From Phyllosticta citribraziliensis (lineage: Eukaryota), in contig NW_027117343.1 of NCBI RefSeq assembly GCF_038025025.1, positions 2,170,001-2,234,000 on the forward strand: a stretch of DNA of 64,000 bases, in the 5' to 3' direction. A model generated the notes under the pieces. The model ran no database searches and was not told where the DNA came from. It worked only from the letters and a program-made list of their open reading frames with translations. How positions within the stretch are numbered: position 1 is the stretch's first letter; each line of letters begins with the position of its first letter. Position numbers and translations under genes: made by a program. Below, one piece after another: positions 61,380 through 64,000 of the stretch.

Positions 61380-62019
61380 GTGTTGTAGTAGTAGCAGAGG
61401 CAGAGGCAGTAGTGGTGGGTTGTTGGTTGCGTGTGGGGCCGCCGCCGCCGCCCGCTGGCATGGCTGGCATGGTTGGCAGGCAGGCTACCTCGTCACTTTT
61501 CTTACCTGCCTACGCACCTACCTGCTTACCCACCTGCCTACGTAGGTAGCTTACCTTAGCTAGTAGTCAGTCAGTCAGTCTATTGCGAATGGCAATGAAT
61601 GAATGGAATGGGGGAGCTGCTTGAGGTGAAGGGCTCCCTTGTGTCACTAGAAGGACTTCCTTTTTGCTTGCTATGTGATTGTTGTGGTTTGTGTGGGTGG
61701 CTGGATACACGAGATGTGCTGTTGCCTACATGTAGTCTTGGGTCACTCACTCGGCCTGTCGGTCCTCATTCTATTTCGGTTCCTTTTTCATTTCAGGACT
61801 CTTGCGCCCTCGTTCCTCCTCGGGTTGCCAGCTCGGTCTTCGGTTCGCTTTGTGTACGAGCGAGCGAGCGAGCGTACGAGGGGCGTGTGTGAGAGTAACT
61901 GAGTGAGTGGATGCCCGAGTACACAGGCAGACAAGTACGCGGGTGGGTACGCAGGCAAGACAGGCAAGTACTTGGGAGGTAAGAACTGATTTTCCCTCCT
62001 TGTTTTCTATCTTTCGCTT

Positions 62020-62054
<35 letters not shown>

Positions 62055-63480
62055 TTTCCCTGCCAGCAATCGATATTGGCCTCAACATTCAACACTTAAC
62101 GTAGAGCAGACAGAGCCGGTAAGACAGCGCGAGTGGTGGCGACGACATGTCGATATCGACGTCAGCGGGCAAGAGAAAGAGCAAGAGCAAGAGCAAGAGC
62201 AACAGCAAGTACAACGACTGGTCCGCCAATTACTCAATGTTGGGTCATTCTAGTCACTGGCACTGTTTGAATTGCTCCTTTCTTTTGCGCACGCTCGCTG
62301 ATGGCAGCACACCGTACCTACTTACCCACTCCCGCCAGCTGTGCCAGCTGTGCATTCGCCACCACCAGTCCAGGTGTTCTCGTTCTCGTTGGGGTGAGTA
62401 ACTACGGTAGGGGTGAGTGAGGATGACTCATACCCACGACCATCTGGCGTGGCGGCGAGGCGACGCGAGGAGGCGGCGTGGCGAGGCGTGGCGACGTTGA
62501 ACTAGTGACACAAACAAGTGGACGGAAGTACTCCTAGTCACGTTGGTATGCATGTACCATGTGGCGAGAGGAACGCGAGAAGAAAGGAAGGCGAGAAAGG
62601 TCAGGGATATTTCTGGTTAGTCATTTATTTGTTCGTTCGTTCGTTCGTTCGTCAGGGGGGCGAGGGAGGGAGGAGGAGGAGGTTGCGACTGCATCTGGCA
62701 CTTGGACGAAAGAGAGGCTCGAAAATGCTTCCTACGCGGTCGGTGCGAAGGGTTGTTTTCCTTCTCACTCACTCGCTCACTCACCACCATCATCTCAATC
62801 TCCTCAAGAAAAGTACATAGGTACACCCACCCACCACCCACCACCCACGCCCACCAAATCCCAACCCTCCCCTCCCCGAGCAAGCGCTCCATCTCCGGCC
62901 CCGACACATCCCCACCAATCCAGTTCACCTACCCTTCTAGGCAGGTACGGTAGGCTGTCGTCCATCCGCCGCCCGTCCATCCATCCATCCATCCATACAA
63001 GTCTCAGCAACGTGGCTATGCCGCGCATACCTCCTCGCACATGCGTCCAAAGCATGTATTGTATGTGACCAAAAAAAGCAACACCGACGGCAGAAGATTC
63101 CGCGTCGCGTCGCAGCGCCTCCTGCGCTCGCTCCGTCGGAAGTCGGAAGTCGGATGGCCGCGGCGCGAGCAAGCGGGCCTGTGAGCAAGCAAGCAAGCAA
63201 GCGACGGCCGCTCGCTTCCTCGCTCGCTTCCTTGATTTGTCGGCGTGTTGGGGTGTTGCCTGGAGGGCTGCTGGGCTGGCTGGCTGGCTGGGTCGGTTGG
63301 CGGACGGACGGACGGACGGACTGATTGACGGACAAACGCGTCCTCCCCGCCGGACGACTTTCCTGTTGCGCTGGAGGGCTGCTGCTGGGCGCTCGTGTTG
63401 ATGGATGGATGGGGTGCGGAGGACGCAGACGGCGCGGCGCGGTTGTGAGTTGGAGAGGTGTGATGGGATGCATGGATGGA
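61380..63480. repeat. Microsatellite-rich convergent intergenic region
   Basis: (CAGT)n, (GAGC)n, (AAGAGC)n, (TTCG)n, (CCAT)n, (GCAA)n, (GGCT)n and (GGAC)n tracts. Confidence 0.75.
62021..62054. repeat. C34 homopolymer
   Basis: 34 consecutive C. Confidence 0.9.
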
Positions 63481-63686
63481 TGCGACACGCGACATTCAGA
63501 CTCAGAATGCAAGCAGGCCGTTGAGAAAGGAGCATGTAGGAAACTGAACTTGCAGATTAAAAAGAGCCGTGTGTTCGAAAAAAGGTATCGACATGTCCGA
63601 CGTCTATGCACATAACACATCAACAGGAGTACCGTAGCCCACCTGCAGCCAACCCACCCCAATAACTTTTTCATATCATTCATCCC

Positions 63687-64000
63687 TCATTGACTCATAA
63701 GCAGCTTGGTAGCCCACGAGACATTCAGCGTGCGCAAGTCGCTGTAGTGCTGGCCGGTGCCCAAAAAGACGACGGGGATCCCCGTCGCATGCACCATGCT
63801 GACCAACGTGCCCACCATGTCGCCGACGGTATCGCACTTGCTGATGATGAAGCCATCCAGCTTGCGGCCGCTGCCGAAGCTGGCGTTGAAGTTGCGCGCC
63901 TGCGCCACCGAGTCCGTCCCGACGAGCGCCTCGCCGACCATGAGGATCTTGTCCGGCTGCGCCAGCTTGGCGAACTTCTCCAGCGACGACATGAGCCGCT
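63687..64000 (-). CDS. SRP101: Signal recognition particle receptor alpha subunit, C-terminal GTPase part (5' partial)
   Basis: PDKILMVGEALVGTDSV, DGFIISKCDTVGDMVG and PVVFLGTGQHYSDL, all SRP-GTPase motifs. Confidence 0.93.
   Translation of the reverse strand, partial: RLMSSLEKFAKLAQPDKILMVGEALVGTDSVAQARNFNASFGSGRKLDGFIISKCDTVGDMVGTLVSMVHATGIPVVFLGTGQHYSDLRTLNVSWATKLLMSQ

Noticed and set aside
1..64000. Transposable elements, rRNA/5S, snRNA or a secondary-metabolite backbone gene
   Set aside because: No transposase/RT motifs, terminal repeats, recognisable rRNA/snRNA sequence, or PKS/NRPS seen by eye. A covariance-model search would be needed to exclude snoRNAs.

Overview
Gene-dense, intron-containing genomic DNA from a filamentous ascomycete (short GT-AG introns with CTRAC branch points, microsatellite-rich intergenic regions). 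About 20 protein-coding genes can be supported. In order: RPD3 (partial), RPN11, a small Cys/His orphan, vacuolar alkaline phosphatase, RPC34, a purine-cytosine permease, a GPI cell-wall protein, a beta-propeller protein ending in CaaX, polyamine oxidase, laccase, a metallo-beta-lactamase-fold protein, an SHB17-like phosphatase, an Osh6/7-like oxysterol-binding protein, an ERCC6L2/Rad26-like SNF2 ATPase, cryptochrome-DASH, a Gln/Pro orphan, a SnoaL-like 'pathogen-related' protein, an amidohydrolase, a Pcl5-like cyclin and SRP receptor alpha (partial). There are also two tRNA genes, initiator Met and an intron-containing Lys(CTT). No transposon or CRISPR array was seen. Most notable observations: (1) a 49-nt AT-AC intron with major-spliceosome-type signals that splits the Walker A motif of the SNF2 ATPase; (2) a ~1.2 kb AUG-depleted leader of the Pcl5-like cyclin with two uORFs (one a 35-aa peptide in strong context) and an upstream Gcn4-type site; (3) an uncharacterised propeller protein combining PPxY with a polybasic CaaX tail; (4) a C-terminal FFAT-like motif on the Osh6/7-like protein; (5) two His-to-Arg changes at predicted metal ligands of the MBL-fold protein. 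All assignments come from reading motifs by eye; no database search was run.
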